A stretch of 64,000 nt of DNA from Lama guanicoe (taxonomy: Eukaryota). The stretch lies in NCBI GenBank assembly GCA_013239625.1, contig MU053557.1, positions 5,963,842-6,027,841 of the forward strand, read 5' to 3'. The first letter of the stretch is position 1, and each line of letters starts with the position of its first letter. Positions 1 through 13,939 of this stretch are shown here, piece by piece. Under the pieces are notes generated by a model. The model saw only the letters and a program-made list of their open reading frames with translations. It did not search any database and had not been told where the DNA came from. The position numbers and the translations under genes were made by a program.

Positions 1-29
1 CTTTGGTGGTAGCTGTAATTCAGGGTCAG

Positions 30-205
30 GAGACCTGAGTTTGAATCCCATTTACTGGCTTTACAATCGCTAGCCGGTTAACCTCTCTCAGCTTTAGTTT
101 CCACATCTGTAAGATAATATATCCTGCACAGGAATACATTAAATAAGTTAATGTATGGGACAAAGCCCAGTACAGTCCTTAGCACTTGGTATTTGTTAAA
201 CAAAT
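30..205 (+). mobile_element. MIR SINE
   Basis: Core motifs gacctgagtttgaatccc, ttaacctctctcagctttagtttccacatctgtaa and a gcacttggta tail. Confidence 0.7.
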
Positions 206-2794
206 GCTGGCTTATGTGATTCTGTGTTGGAGGAAGTGAGGGGAGGGGGACTTCACTCCTCTGTGCTTCTTGGAAGTAAAAGATTTATGTCTTCCGAGTA
301 AATAACAGTAATTCCCAAGAGAGTATCTTGGACATAGCGAGAACTTACCAAATGAATGAATGAAGGAGTGAGTGAATGAACGAACATCCTAGACAGATTT
401 ACCTGTCCTGACAGCACTCACCAGAAACAATATTGCTCTGTCAGGGCGGTGACAGTGCTTGTGAGGGAGGAGGATCTCATAATTGAAACAGAGATAGATA
501 GCACAGATTAGTCACTTTGAATTTAGTTAGTCTAAAACTCCTGATTTGTAGGAAATTTTACTTTATGAAATTTATATGTATTTTTGTTGGCACTAGAAAA
601 TTTGCAATATGATGGAATTGACTGGAACTTATTATTACTATTATTATTTGTAAAAGGACTTTCAGTTGCTTAAGAAAAATGGTTCTGGAAGTAAAACTTG
701 ATGTTTCTGAAGGAAGCAGTAAAGCACCTCCACTTTCTTTCCTAGGTTGAACCAAATAGACTACTTGATGGAATGAATTTCCACCTTTGAAGAAGGTACA
801 ATGTTTTCCCCCTCTGGAGGAATAATTTTCTACCCTTGCACTTAGCCTTGTTAATGGATACAAAATAGTCACTTGGGGATTCTTAACTTTCCACTGAATA
901 GTCTAAATTGCTTAACCTCATGGTCCAAAGTGGAGCCATGATGTCTCCAGTTCACAGGGCAGTCACGCAGCGCCTGGGTGGTGTCAGTGGCTGAAGATGC
1001 CAGTGGCTGCTTTGCTCGGCAGCTGTGGAGGTGGTAATGTAGTTTCTTAGACAAAGTTCTATTGAACATATGTTAAAGTTTATTATTCATTAATGAGGTA
1101 AAGTGCCAGTTTAAAATAGTAAGAATTTAGGCCTGACTGCTCTTTTACCCTCTATGGTCATAAAAACATTTTTATCAGTGATAAGCTTAAATTTGTGACA
1201 TGAATGGCTTGGGCCATATTGTGACATGACGCATTAATCAGAAATCACAAGTAATATATCTACAAAGCAAACAATAGGCTGATTGATCTATAGTTACTAA
1301 TTAGATGGACCAAGAAAGTTTTATGCACTCACAAGGAGCCAGTCACCCAGATGCCAGACAGAGGTCAAACAGAAGTCAGCGAGCAGCAGCTTCAAGTCCT
1401 GCTTCTTCTCAAGCAAAATTTTCCAGCAGGCCATTAGCGGTGCTGAACATCTGGTTTGTGTAGTTCTTATTTGGGGGACAAAATTTTTCTTTCACAGTGA
1501 GGAGAGAGGGGAGTGACTGGAACCTCTGTTCCATGGGAGGGAACAGCCCATCGGAGAGCACGCTGGAGGACTGAGAGGGTTGGACAGGGAGACGGTGCTC
1601 CCGGTGCCCTCTGACGCCTGGCCACGTGTACGGCCAGCCTTAGAGCCCTGGAACAGTAGCCCCAGAAGGGCCCTTGGAGAATATCACAGCTTGTGGTTTT
1701 CAGACTGTGCTTTGAGGAGCCCAGGGGGTCAAGGAGCGGCCGAACAGCTGTGCTATACCAAGTGAGCAGGCCGCGCTAAGCGGGGGCACCAGAAGACTAA
1801 CTGGGAGTTCTGTTTCAGATGTTTTCGGTTAGAAAAAAATGATTTAACTTCGTCGTAACATCAACATTTTGATGTTATGTTTTCGTATTGCTTTTAGTTT
1901 GAATTGTGTATGTGAAGTGGGTGGGCGCCCTAATCTCTAGTGTTGAGGGTCTCTAAGGATATTTACTCAGCCCTGCCGACTGGGTAGGACCCCGAACCCC
2001 GCTCGTCGGCCCCTCCCCAGCATTTCTGAGTAGCTCCGATTTCTCTGTTTTTGTGATTGGGGTTTTAAACAGTTTCAGGTGTAAACGAGTCATACTGGTA
2101 CAGGCTAGAATACAGCTTACCGACAAAGTTTCATTTATTCATCTGCCTGTTCTGTTTTGTTTTAGGGCCAGTGACCAGATCAGATTCATGTCTTTGAATG
2201 ATTATTCTGGAAGGGGGTGGACTTGAAGGTGGGGGAAGACCTCTGGACCTCAGTTTTGCCACCTGTGAAGCCAGGCTAATTCTGGCTTCAGTGTTGCGTG
2301 ATTCTTGATTATGAGTGAGCCTTGAAGGCTGAGTTCCCGTAAATGACAGGTTTTCCTAATGAAAATCAGCCAGGGAGATTATGTATTCCTGGCAGTTGCA
2401 GTCACAAACTCTGTTTGATGTTAATGGGCTTACCAGAAAGGGCTTTTGTGGGGTTCCTTTGGCCCAAGACAGGCTAGCTATTGATGTAATCAGGAGACCG
2501 CAGCGAATGACTTCTCCCGCCCCCGCCCCCTTTAACAGTGTGTGTCTCCTGTGACTCATGACACCGCGCCTTAGACCTTGGAGCAAGTCAGCACGTTTCC
2601 GAGGCTGAGGAAGGGCCAGCGTGTGCCTCTTCCTCTGATGGAGGCCACTGCCTGATCCTGTGGCCTTGGGAGCCCTGCCAGGGGCTTCTCCTCCATCCTG
2701 GAACTTGCCCAGATCTGACCAGACTGACTACAGAGCACAGGGGAGTCCATTCCTGAATCATAGTGCTAGGAAGAGTCATAGAGGCCTTAGAGTT

Positions 2795-2995
2795 GAGTCC
2801 AGGGGTTCCTGAACCTGGCTGCGTGTTCAAATCACCTGGAAAATGGGGGCAAGGAGGGAGGAAAGGCCCCTTCCTCTCCTCTCCTGAGTCTAATTCAGTA
2901 AGTCTGTAATGGGCCCCAGAATCAGTGTTTCTTAAACTGTCCTAAGATGGTTCTCACTTAGCACAGTGTACAGCATTTGGTGACCACTGATCTAG
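2795..2995. mobile_element. MER5-like hAT DNA transposon remnant
   Basis: Motifs cctggctgcgtgttcaaatcacctgg, tctaattcagtaagtctg, gggccccagaatc and gaccactgatctag resemble MER5. Confidence 0.55.
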
Positions 2996-5406
2996 TCTCA
3001 CACTTAAAAGATCTAACCTCATACTTTAATTTTATTTGGCTTGAAAATTGTACATGTATGTATGTAGTCTTTTTTTTTTAATATAGAGAACTATAAAGAA
3101 AAACCCAAAACTAAAAAGTTGATTTTTCCCTCAACCAGTTGACTTAAAAAAATTAAAAGCAAGACATGCTCATGTGTAGAAAACTCAAACAGTATAAAAA
3201 TGTGAAGGGTGAAAAGCAAAAACTTCTCCCACTCCTAGTCCAACTCCTAAAGGTAATCACTATTAACACTCTCTTCAGATTCTGCTCACAAATGATTTCA
3301 CAGTTATATACCCTTGCCTAACTACTTCATTCTACAAAATCTGAACCAGGGAATCATCCTATACACATTATGCTGCACTTTACTTTTTCCACTTAAACAA
3401 TTTGGGAGCTCACCACAGATCATCATTCTTTTTAATAACTATTAAGTACGTTAATATTTGTAACACACTTGGAACAATGCTTGGTATGTAGCAAGCCCTA
3501 TGTATTTGTTAAATAAATGAGTGAAAATTGGTGCACGGTATTTCATTATATGAGTATACTCTGCTTTATTTTACAGTTTGTGGATACGTCTGTTGTGTTG
3601 GTTGCTATAGCAAACAGTGCAGAAACAAACTTCGTTGTATGTAAGTCTTGGAGACTGTACCTTGGGCATGGTGATCAGGCACTTAATGCAGTCACAGTCA
3701 ACACAGAGCCAATGCAATAAAAAGGAAAAGTTACTAATTTAGGTAAAAGCAGGAAATGGGACTGGAACTGGGAATTTTGCCTGGGACCTAGAATCATAGA
3801 TTTATAGATCTTGGATCTAGAAGGAACCAGAAGAGATTGTTTGTTCCAGCCTTGTGACTTCTGGGCAGGGAATGGGTTACACCTGTGGTTCCCAGGTTGT
3901 GCACTGAGCCCTGGGGAGCCGCACTGAACTTGCCTTGAAAAGTGTGTGTCTGGGGGCTGCGGGGTCTTTAAAATCTTTGACAGGAATATTGATATTTGAC
4001 ATCTCTCAGACACTGTGCAAACTACTAGCTCAAGACAGTTTATGGTTTAACATTAATCATACTAAATTCCCTTTGGCAATGCTGTATTTTGTGAAGCTGA
4101 GTTTTTGGCGGTTGCTATGATACAACAAGCACCACACACAAATGAACGGGGAGTAGGAAGCGAGCAGGGCATCGTCTGATCTGACTCCAAAGTTTGAAAA
4201 GTGGTGCAATGCCTCACAGTTGTACACATGCCATTAGTAAGTTTCTGGCTAAGAATGAAATACACATTTTTTTCTTTCAATTTGTACGTATTATTCCGTC
4301 AAACAGTTACTAATTTCTTAGAACATGAATGCTTATTAAACTGAAGCTAACTGTGTAATTAATGGGACTGCTAGGTATTTCTTTTGGCCTGGAGGGCTGT
4401 GAAAAAATGACTGAGACACTAAGGGTGCTGTGAATTTTAAAAGTTTGGGAACAACTGATTTACATCTTTATCCATCAGAACTCTTTGAGCTGCAAGTGAG
4501 AGAAACCAAACTGACACTGGCTTCAGCAAAACTAGGGGATTATTCACCTGTATACCTGGGATGCCCCGCGTTGCAGATGGTGTCAGACTGGCTGGGTTCA
4601 GGTGCTCAAATGAGGTCATCAGGGCTCCACTTCTCTTTCCATCTCTAGGACGGGCTCTCCACACGTGGGCAAGAGTCCCACAACCAGCCTCTCCAGACTC
4701 ACATCTTTACAGTTTAACAAACTCAGCAGAAAGAATCATTCCTAATAGTAGGTGCCTAAAAGCCCTGCGAGGACTTTGGTTGACCTTGCCTGGCCACTTG
4801 CCTATCCCTGAACTGGTAAGGGCCAAGCCTCGGTCACATGTCCATCCCTGTGCAAGTCCCTAACTTAAGCACACAGAAAAGGTAGGTTCTGTTCCCAGGA
4901 AGGTGGGAGAAGGGATGCAGAACCAAGAACAATGAATTTCCCATTTGACAGATGAGGGAAGAGAGCAGTGGTGTGATAGTTTAATAGTCACACGTGGAGA
5001 ACCTGGAGGCCCTCCCATCTGGTTTCACTTCTTTGGTTAAATTAACTTCATCTACATCTTTTAAAGCTTTAGAATTCTTACCTCCACGATGGGGATAACT
5101 GAAGATAAAGGCCAAGAAATGAAAAAGCATGGCAGTAATACTCCCCTCCTCAAAGGCCTGGTGGTTGAAGTGAGCACTAGGTGAGGTAAAACACATGACG
5201 CGCTTAGCACGGGGCCTGGCCCGCAGCAAGCCCGCGCGGTAAAGGAGGCCATTATTATTACTGACTAAGCAACCTTAACACGTACAGAGCTGATAAGCGA
5301 CCTACCTTCTGACTCCTGGGGCAGGCTTCCATTCCAACGAGGGAGGCAGGGGGAGGGTACCACACGGTGATGTCCTCTTCTCCTGTCTGTTGCAGAGTGA
5401 AGCAGC

Positions 5407-5589
5407 ATGGACGCCGTCAGCCAGGTCCCCATGGAAGCCGTGCTCCCCAAGCACATCCTGGACATCTGGGTCATTGTCCTCATCATCCTGGCCACCATTG
5501 TCATCATGACCTCCTTGTTGCTGTGCCCGGCCACTGCGGTCATCATCTATCGCATGCGGACTCATCCCGTCCTCAATGGCGCTGTCTGA
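5407..5589 (+). CDS. SMIM3: Small integral membrane protein 3 (NID67), complete 60-aa CDS in one exon
   Basis: [63 protein letters not shown] matches SMIM3 as I recall it and has one hydrophobic helix. A pyrimidine tract and CAG acceptor end at 5395, and the ATG has a good Kozak context (agcATGG). Confidence 0.96.
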   Translation: MDAVSQVPMEAVLPKHILDIWVIVLIILATIVIMTSLLLCPATAVIIYRMRTHPVLNGAV

Positions 5590-6775
5590 GAACCTCCCAA
5601 GAGGGGCAGGTGAAGGATGAGGACAGCGTCCCCTCCCCCAGCTTCTTCCCCTTCCTCAGAAAAGCAGCAGGAAGGACTTCGGAGCGTAGACTTTGGAGCC
5701 GGATATGTGAGGAGACCTGAGTCTTGGTTTTGATCCTGCCACTGGCCAGCTGCGTGAATTCGGTGAAGGGACCTAATTCTCTGGGTTCCAGGTTCCTTAT
5801 CTTCCAAATGGGGAGCGTGATCCCTGTCCGTCCTACCTCATGGGGTGGTGAGAACCAATGACCTAGCGGAGGTTAAAGCTGTTAGTCAGCAGATACACAG
5901 GTGTTATCACTGAATGCTGAGAAGCTTTGAAGAACCAAAGACCCTAATTGCTGATGAGGGCCTTCAAGGGAGACACGGGCAGAGCAGCCTTTGCCAGTGC
6001 CCCTCAGGTGCAACCAAGCAAAGGCACCCTGTCCTCGTTCCAAGGGACCAACAGCATGTGGCTCAAAGTTACTGTCTTTGAGGTGCCACCCCCTCGAGTT
6101 TTCTAATTTGGGAGGGAACTGAGCATAGCAGGAGGAGGGAGATGGGTGGATCTTCCCAGGATGCCAGAATCTCTGCCCCTGTGCAGTCTGGAGGGGGCTC
6201 TGCCATTTCTTGGCAATGCCAAGGGAGCTGGGCCGATGGCTTCTTTCTCCACTGGAGCCCCATAGCTTTGACACTCAGTGGGTGTTGGCAGATGCAGGGT
6301 GGCTGAGATCCCTGGCCAGCTTTCAGGCCCTCCAGCCCCCATCCCCTGTGTCCCCCTCTCCCCCAGCTCCTGCTATAATTAGCTCCGCCGCATGGTGTAT
6401 CCTCCCGTCACTCCCTCCCACCAGCAGTGCAACCATTCCAAGATACAGACATATTTTAAGAGATGTTCCCAGCACTTTTGGAACTAACTCAAACAACAAT
6501 GTTTATTTTAAACGCTAAAATTTATATTTATATGTATACAGAGATTTCTGGACCACTCAAGCTCTTTGACGAAAATCAGGAGCATGGGGGGATTTATTAA
6601 GTTATGTAAGAAGACAGCACAGATACCAGGATATTATTGTGTGAAAACAATGCTTTACTTTGATCTGATTTCATTGATGTACACAACTAATTTCCAGTAA
6701 AGTGCTAGAATGAGCATGTCCGAAGTCTTTCTTTGTAAAGAGTACCTATTAAACTCAGCAAGAGGATTTCACTAA
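5590..6775 (+). other. SMIM3: SMIM3 3' UTR (end approximate)
   Basis: Follows the stop codon. AU-rich tract at about 6500-6540. Candidate poly(A) signals AGTAAA (6696-6701) and ATTAAA (6748-6753) precede L2-like sequence. Confidence 0.6.
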
Positions 6776-6779
6776 GTTT

Positions 6780-7370
6780 ATGACCTTAGGGGTCGATTGA
6801 ATATAGGAACAGAAAGGGAAAGAGGGCAATCAAATCGACTTCCAGGGTTCAGTGAGGTGGTGGATAGCTGTGCAGTTTACACAGACGTAGAATGCAGGGG
6901 GAAGAACAGATTTTGGAAGTCAGATGATGAATTTAGTATCAGGTTTAGTATGTTGAGTTTGAGGTGCTTGTGATATTCACGTAGACACTTTAAGGATGCA
7001 ATTGGAAACCTGGTCTGTTCCTTGGGAAAGATTTTATGGCTGGAGTTACGTTTTGGGGGATTATCTGCATACGGTAGATATGCCACCCAGGGGGACAGGA
7101 ACACCCTGGCAGAGTGTGCAGACTGGGAAGAGTGAGGGGCTAATGCAGAACTTGGAAAGTGCTAAAGAGGAGTGGAAGGGGAAGAGGGGAAAAGCCAAAG
7201 CAAGGAGACTGAAAAGGTCATGTGATACGAACTGATCATGAGAGGGACGCAGTTGTACTTTGTGAGCGAAGGAAGGATGGGAAGTTAGGAAGTAGAGACA
7301 GTGGGAACAGACAACAATTTCCAGAAATGGAACTGTAGTACAGAGGTAAGCGAGGAGGGTTTCAGGAAAA
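6780..7370. mobile_element. L2 LINE fragment
   Basis: Typical L2 motifs (gatgatgaatttagt, gttgagtttgaggtgc, gagtacagacaac-like). Confidence 0.55.
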
Positions 7371-9800
7371 CTGGTGGGACAGAGATATGTGATTGGTTTG
7401 CTCAGCATCTATTCCAACTCTTTTTCCCCCTAATATGCCTTCCCAGGGGGCAGAGGCTGGAAAGGGGAAAACTATACTGAACATGAAACACTCCCATTTG
7501 CTCAACTAAACTTTAGCCAGAGAATCATATGTGATTTAGGTTATGCTAATCAGATGCATGCATTAGAGGCTGAGCCTGGAGCCTAGTTGAGGTGGGAGAG
7601 ATACCGCAAGGTGTGAGGCGTTCATGATGCTGCTGTGAATCCAAGCAGCAGCAGCAGGCTGGGAACCGCTGGGGGCGGGTCGAGGCTGTGTGTGCTGCCC
7701 AGCCTTTCTGAGTCTGATTCCCGGTCTGTAGAGTGGAGGGTATCAGAATTAAATGAGAAAAATCCTTCCATGGTTTTAAGGTGGGTGAACATAAAGACTT
7801 TCAGGCAGTCCACCACATGGCAAAACAACTCTCTCTTCAAATGGAACAATTAGATCATAGAAGTTTCCAGAATCAATCCTATCACATTCCTAGCAGCTCA
7901 AGTTTCAGACACTCTGGAGGTAACACAGGGACCGTCCAGTCCAGCCTCCCCTGTAATGAAGGAATCCCCTCTTTAATGGTGGGGTTTCCACTTGGTGCCT
8001 CCTTGGCATTTCCCTGTGTGGTCCTAGGCCGCGTGTGTCAGATTCGCCCAGGAGCACTTGCTTCACAATTACTGTGAGTCCCCGAGAGAGGGGTCCTGAG
8101 TGTCTGCTTTGTTAAAACAAGCTCCCTGGGTGATCAGCGAGCAGGTGAAAATCCGGAGAGCCATGTGCCGATGAAAAGGAGTCCCATCTTGCTGAAACCA
8201 CCCCTTGATAGCTGTTCTGTTAGAATTCTTCCTTCAGCAAGAGAAGTTGAGACCCACGCCAGCTCAGCCTTCTTGGGGCCACAGTGAAGAGATCAGCTCC
8301 TTTTTCCTTATGACAGCATCTGGACATTTTGAAGACAGCTGTCATAACCGACCTCATCCCATCATCTTCTCCAAGTGGCAATTCACACTTTGCATTATGC
8401 TGTCACCCTCCCTCCCTCCCTTTCTGGGAGACAGTATAGCGAGAGACTAAGAGCAGGGGCCTGAAGAATCTTGGCTTCGCTATTTATTAGCTTTGTGATT
8501 GTGGGCAAGTAACATCAACTCTTTGAGCCTCAGTTTCCTCTCATGTAAGATAGACGTAAAATTAAACTTAGCACACAGAATTGTTACGAGTACTAAATGG
8601 GGTCACAAATGCAAGGTGAAATGGTAGAATACAACAAATGCTCAATAAATGTTATCTGTATTAATGAGTCTGTTTCTCCACCTGTCAGATGGTTGTGACA
8701 GCTACTTCTGAGTGTGGGGAGAATTAAATGAGGTAATATGAGTAAAGGATTTGGCCCGTGTCTGACTCAGGAGTTTCTCAAGAATGTAAAAACAGCGCAG
8801 GGCTATGATCCTAATGGGGTGCGATTTTAAAAAAATGACTAGTTAGAGCAGTGAGATTAGCACAAAACTTCCCTCCTGGCACCCTCTAGGATCGGCACTA
8901 AATTCACAAAGGGAGGGCCTTAGAACTAGCTTAAAAGTTGTACCTCTTCTCCTTTCAGTAATTATTTCCTAACTGAGTCATAATTATTTAATAAAACACA
9001 AAGTTCTCAGTTTTCAGTTTTACTTCTTCACGGAAATTGCCTTCGAAACTTTGAAGAGTGCAAAAACCCATTTAAAATCCTTCAGTAAGATAAAACTGGA
9101 ATCAGGTCTTTACATAATTCTTGCTAAAGAGAGAGAATGGAAATGGGGTTGTGGGAAGACATAATGATAATAATAAATTTCCCTGTGAACCCTTAATCCC
9201 AACAGTTGAAGAAGCAACTTTTAAATCGCCCAAATCAGACAAATAATTTAACTGAGGTGTACGGAAGGCTTTTCAGTTCCCATAAAGATTTACATGCTAG
9301 AAAAAAAGCTTCTGTGTTAGCCGATCTCTAACTCTATTTATCAAAATCATAAAAGTCATTGCACATATTTACATTTGGGCAGCTTCCATTACACAGTGAA
9401 TTGTTGACATGCACAAACTTTCGAGTTAAGCAGACCAAATTCCCATCTGGCTCCACCAGCGTGTTCTTTTGAAAGTAGCTGTCTCGGAGCCTCACTGCCC
9501 TCATTTGTAAAAGGGAACATCGTGTTTATCTCTGCAGGGACACTGGATGGATTAAGGGAGGCTCTGTACCTAAAATATTTAGAGAGCCCAGCCTGTGGTG
9601 AGTATACGCCATGCTTATGTTACCTAAAAACACAGGCGGGTCATCAGCTGTGTCTTAGAGAATGTAGACACGAGCCGGGCAGGTCTCTGCATTGGTCACG
9701 CTAGGTTGGTTTCACCCCAACACCTCAGGAAACATTCCCAGGGCACCAGCAGGAGAATGGAAAGGGGGAGCAGACTGGGGTGGGAGCGGGTAAGAGACAG

Positions 9801-9934
9801 CTCTTCTGTGTTCCTGGTGGGTGTGTGTGTGTGCGTCTTCTGTGTTCCTGGTGTGTGTGTGGGTGTGTGCGTGTGTGTCTTCTGTGTTCCTGGTGTGTGT
9901 GTGTGTGTGTGCGCGTGCGTGCGCGCGTGTGTGT
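9801..9934. repeat. Compound minisatellite: 3 x (cttctgtgttcctggtg + (TG)n) ending in TG/CG repeats
   Basis: Repeated unit directly visible. It accounts for the low-complexity THTH/VCVC ORFs. Confidence 0.9.
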
Positions 9935-10783
9935 GCAGGCTTCCCTGCACCAACAAGCAACTCTCAGACATGAGCAAGTGTCTAAGAATGCAGCTCAGTT
10001 CTGACACTATCTACCTGGGACTAGCATCAAATTCTGCAGGTAAAGGGCTCAGCCCCACGAGACCACACTCTATTTCAAATGCCAGTTGCTGACCGATTGG
10101 TTATAAATCAAGAGGTTTCCACAACCTCCTCCTTGGGTTCAATTAATTGGCTAGAACAGCTCACAGACCTCAGGAAACACATTTACTCCCTACATTACCC
10201 ATTTATTACAAAGGATATTAAAGGATATGAATCACCAGCCAGATGAGGAGACATACAGGGTGAGGTCCCGAACAAAGGGGCTTCTGTCCTCATGGAGTTT
10301 GGGGCTGGGTGCTGTGGGAAGTGAAAACATTATGGTTCTCTAACCCAGAAGCTTTCCAAACCCCCTCCTTTTGGGTTTTTGTGGAGGCTTCATGACATAG
10401 ACGGGACTGATTAACTCACGGACCACTGGTGATTGGTGGGACTGAAAGTCCCACCCCTGGGTTGGTTCTCCTGGCAACCAGCCCTCATCCTTAAGCGCTT
10501 TCCAACAGTCACCGCATGAACATAACCCAGTTGTGGTGAAAGGGATTTGTTATGAATAACAAGACACATGTTTCACCTTTATGACCTTGAAAAGTTTTCA
10601 GGAACTGAGAACAAGAGACCAAAAATTGTAACAAAAGAGCATTTCTCTTATTGCTTAGGGAATTCCAAGGGTCTGGGGTGCTGTGAGCCAGAACTGTGGA
10701 TGAAGGCCAAATACACATGAGAAATATATTTTGGTTACCTGAATGACCAAATATATATATTTCTTATAAACCACAATATCACA
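9935..10783. mobile_element. MER21-like ERV solo LTR
   Basis: Motifs agttctgacactatctacctgg and ttgggttcaattaattggctagaacagctcacag, with terminus cttataaaccacaatatcaca. Confidence 0.7.
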
Positions 10784-11419
10784 ACGCTAAACAGTATGAG
10801 GAGATATTAGGGTAAGTCGAGCTGGCTAAAGCCAAGTTGGAGGACTCTGATTGCTGTGTGTTAGGATTCCTTACTGAGGTTTTGATTTGTGATGTGGGCC
10901 GGGCCACGGGGTCAGCCTCCATTTTGTGGGTCCCACTATATGAATTACCTTTAGCACGACAGTGTAAAGAATATGTTGTATCAAAATTTTAAATTGTTAT
11001 TAGTGGCTTTAGAGTTTCCACCACTGAAGTTTTTATACTTCTGATTACTTTTAAACAAGATTTGCACCTCAGAAAACATATTTAACATTTTGTTGTTGTT
11101 GTTGTTAGAAAAATTCCCATATAAATGCTGCTGTCTCATCGTATACAGCAATTTTTCGGGTCATGTATAATAAAGGATAGATATCTACTCTGAAGTGAAG
11201 GTATTTTGTGTTCTATGAATTGAACAGCAATCAGACAAAGAATGATTTATGGAATCTCTGAACATCAGGGCAGTAGATAATTCTGAAGTATCTTTTCTTT
11301 TCCCATACTTGGTACTAAGTTATTTTGAATTTATAGAAAGTTAAGCTAAATAAAACACAACTTTTCCTCTTGTTGCAAGAAGCCTGACAATTTAAAAAGG
11401 GACTAATACTCTTTCTCCA

Positions 11420-11850
11420 TGTAACGGGTTGAATGGTGGCCCCCAAAAGATGTATCCACTTTCTAATTCTCTGAACCTATGAATGTGAACTTACTTGGGG
11501 AAAAGGTGTTTTTAATGTCATTAAGGATTCTGAGATAAAGAGATCACCCTGGGTTATTCGTGTGGGCTCTAAACCCAATGACAACACCTTTATAAAAGAC
11601 ACACAAAGGAGAGACACACAGACAAGAGAGGAAGAGGCAACGTGACCACGGAGGCAGAGCCTGGAGTGATGTAGCCGCAAGCCAAGAATGCTCAGAGCCA
11701 CCAAAAGATAGAAGAGCCAAGCAATGCATTGTCCTCCAGAGCCTTTGGAGGGAGTGTGGCCTTGCTGACACCTTAATTTCAGACCTCTGGCACCCAAAAC
11801 TGTGGGAGAATAGTGTTCTCTTGTTTTCAGCCACTGAGTCTGTGGTAATT
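11420..11850 (+). mobile_element. MLT1-type MaLR LTR
   Basis: Starts tgtaacgggttgaatggtggcccccaaaagat and contains ccttgctgacaccttaatttcagac and gtggtaatttgt. Confidence 0.8.
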
Positions 11851-11879
11851 TGTGAAGGCAGCTCTAGTGAAAGGGAGCA

Positions 11880-12790
11880 GGACACTGTGGCCCCCTGCCA
11901 CCCCCCAAGGCCTGCCTCTTGTTTCTGGAAAAGCTGGTCTCCCAGGCCTCCCTGAGTCACAGAGGAGCAGGCTCAAGCAGTTGGTTAGGACAAGCCTGCA
12001 GGCACTGGGGGATGGCAACGACTCTGACCACCTGATCTCAACAATTAACTGAGATTATTCCTTCATTTCCCTTTAAAAGTTTCGTGTCTGAATAGACTCT
12101 TTGGAGATAGTTTTTTTTGGGGGGGGGTGATGCTGGGTCCACCAAATTGCAAGCAACGTTCCTTTTTGTTACCAGGGCTGTTGACCCAGGATCATACCCC
12201 TGCCCCTCCCTTAAATAGAAACCAATTATTCTTATCTAAGTCTCAGGAGGCAGCTGCAGAGAAGAAACAAGAACTGGTTAGAACCCACAGAGTTCAAGAC
12301 GGTGGAGAATTTGACTTCCTGCAGGCCTTGAACCTCATTATATGCTCAGTGTAATGATTAACATGCTAACTGACACAATACCAGTGCCATGACAGTTGAC
12401 AATTGCCATGACAACTGGAAAAGCACATAGAAGGACCGAAAATCTTGAACAGGGACTGACTGGTTCCATCACACCTGGAAGGAGGAACTGAAGGCAGAAG
12501 TGTCCCATAAAAGTCCACGTGGCCCAGCTTGGGCCAGAGCTGCCTCTATGGGCCATCTTGGCGGGCCCACTCTTGGCTCCCCACTCGAGTGCTTCTCTTC
12601 CCTACTTGAGTGCTTTTCTTCCCTTCTCCCTGCTCAAGCCCTTTCCTTCTTTTCCCTCTTTTAAGAAATGAAAGCAGTTTCCCTCTGTCCCTCTGTCTCA
12701 GCTGTGAGTTCTTTTCCAGCCGGCAGGCAAGGCCCCACACTTTGGCAGGCCGCCTAAATGAGGGGTCTCACTATCCGGTAACACAAGGAA
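11880..12790. mobile_element. Probable ERV LTR-derived sequence
   Basis: LTR-like composition and motifs (gacccaggatcatacccctgcccctccc, cagttgacaattgccatgacaac). Family and limits uncertain. Confidence 0.4.
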
Positions 12791-13021
12791 ACCAATACAC
12801 TTGGTAAACTGATGTGGGACAGACAGCAAAGTTATTCAGCAACTGCATGAATGAATTAAAACTTCTAAAGCATAAACATTACTGGATAAGGAGAAATAAC
12901 ATGATACACACTGGAAAAGGAGAGAAAAAGCAAAGGTGGGGGAAAAGAGAGAAAAGGAAGGTTGGTAACCAGCTAAGGAGGGAGACCAAAGACTTGTCAG
13001 GTTTCCAGGAAGAGTGTACAC

Positions 13022-13534
13022 TGTCGGGGCCCAGGGCAGGCTGCCCCTAAATATGCCACAGTGGCATATTGGTTACTTTGAATTATTTAAGAAACGGCTA
13101 ACACAGGAGGGACACTTTGAGCCTCCTCCTTGTCTCACTGAAAGCAGGAAATAAATCTCCCACATGAAAGGTGCCCTTCCTGAATCTGGGGGTAAAAGGA
13201 CATCCTTATATCGAGAGAGAGGGAATTTGGACCAAGAAGCCTGCATGAACAATCTCGTTACATTTTTACTACCCCAAGCCCAAACTCTACTTAGATTCTT
13301 CATTAATTAAGCACCCAAAGCCTAAATTTCTTTGTCCTGTCAATGCCTCACAAATTTATTCCTTGTCTAAAAGTATAAAAGCTGCCTGCTTTGGCCACTT
13401 TTTAGGTTTCTGTGAGACCTCCATGTGCATGAATTAAGATTTCTTTTTCTCCTGTTAATTGGTCTTGTGTCAATTTTATTATTAGTCCAACAAAAATTCA
13501 AGAAGGATGGAGGGGAAATTTTCCCTCTGTCACA
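13022..13534 (+). mobile_element. ERV1 solo LTR (MER34-like)
   Basis: TG...CA termini, cccctaaatatgccac...ggcatattggttactttgaatt, TATAAAA at about 13374. Confidence 0.7.
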
Positions 13535-13939
13535 GAACTGAGGAGAAACACAGACAATAAACATACTTTTTATCAATTTCAGAGAATTACTTTGTCTTCT
13601 CATATTGTACTTATATGCCTTAGTGTATGTGTATTTAAGTAAATATTTTATCTTAGACACAGCCTCCCAGAGAAATTTCTTGGAAGAGAGGCACTATTTT
13701 GATATTTTCATCAGAAATATTAAGTCAGGAGAATGGAAGAGCCTCAGTGAAAACCAGTAGCTTAAGTATGGAGGTCTGCAGAACTCAGCATCTCAAGAAG
13801 AAAATGACATAATGGAAAAGAATGTAGTCACCAGAAAAGAGCCCAAGAAACCATCTAAGAGTTGGGCGTTTTCACAGATGTTTAAGAAAGGTTAGCTGTA
13901 TGGAATAAGAAGGACTGCGTCCTTCTCATTGTAGTCAAG

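Noticed and set aside
5265..5807. ORFs overlapping SMIM3
   Set aside because: They are alternative-frame and antisense shadows with no recognisable product.
9696..10092. THTH/VCVC-rich ORFs
   Set aside because: They are translations of a TG minisatellite.
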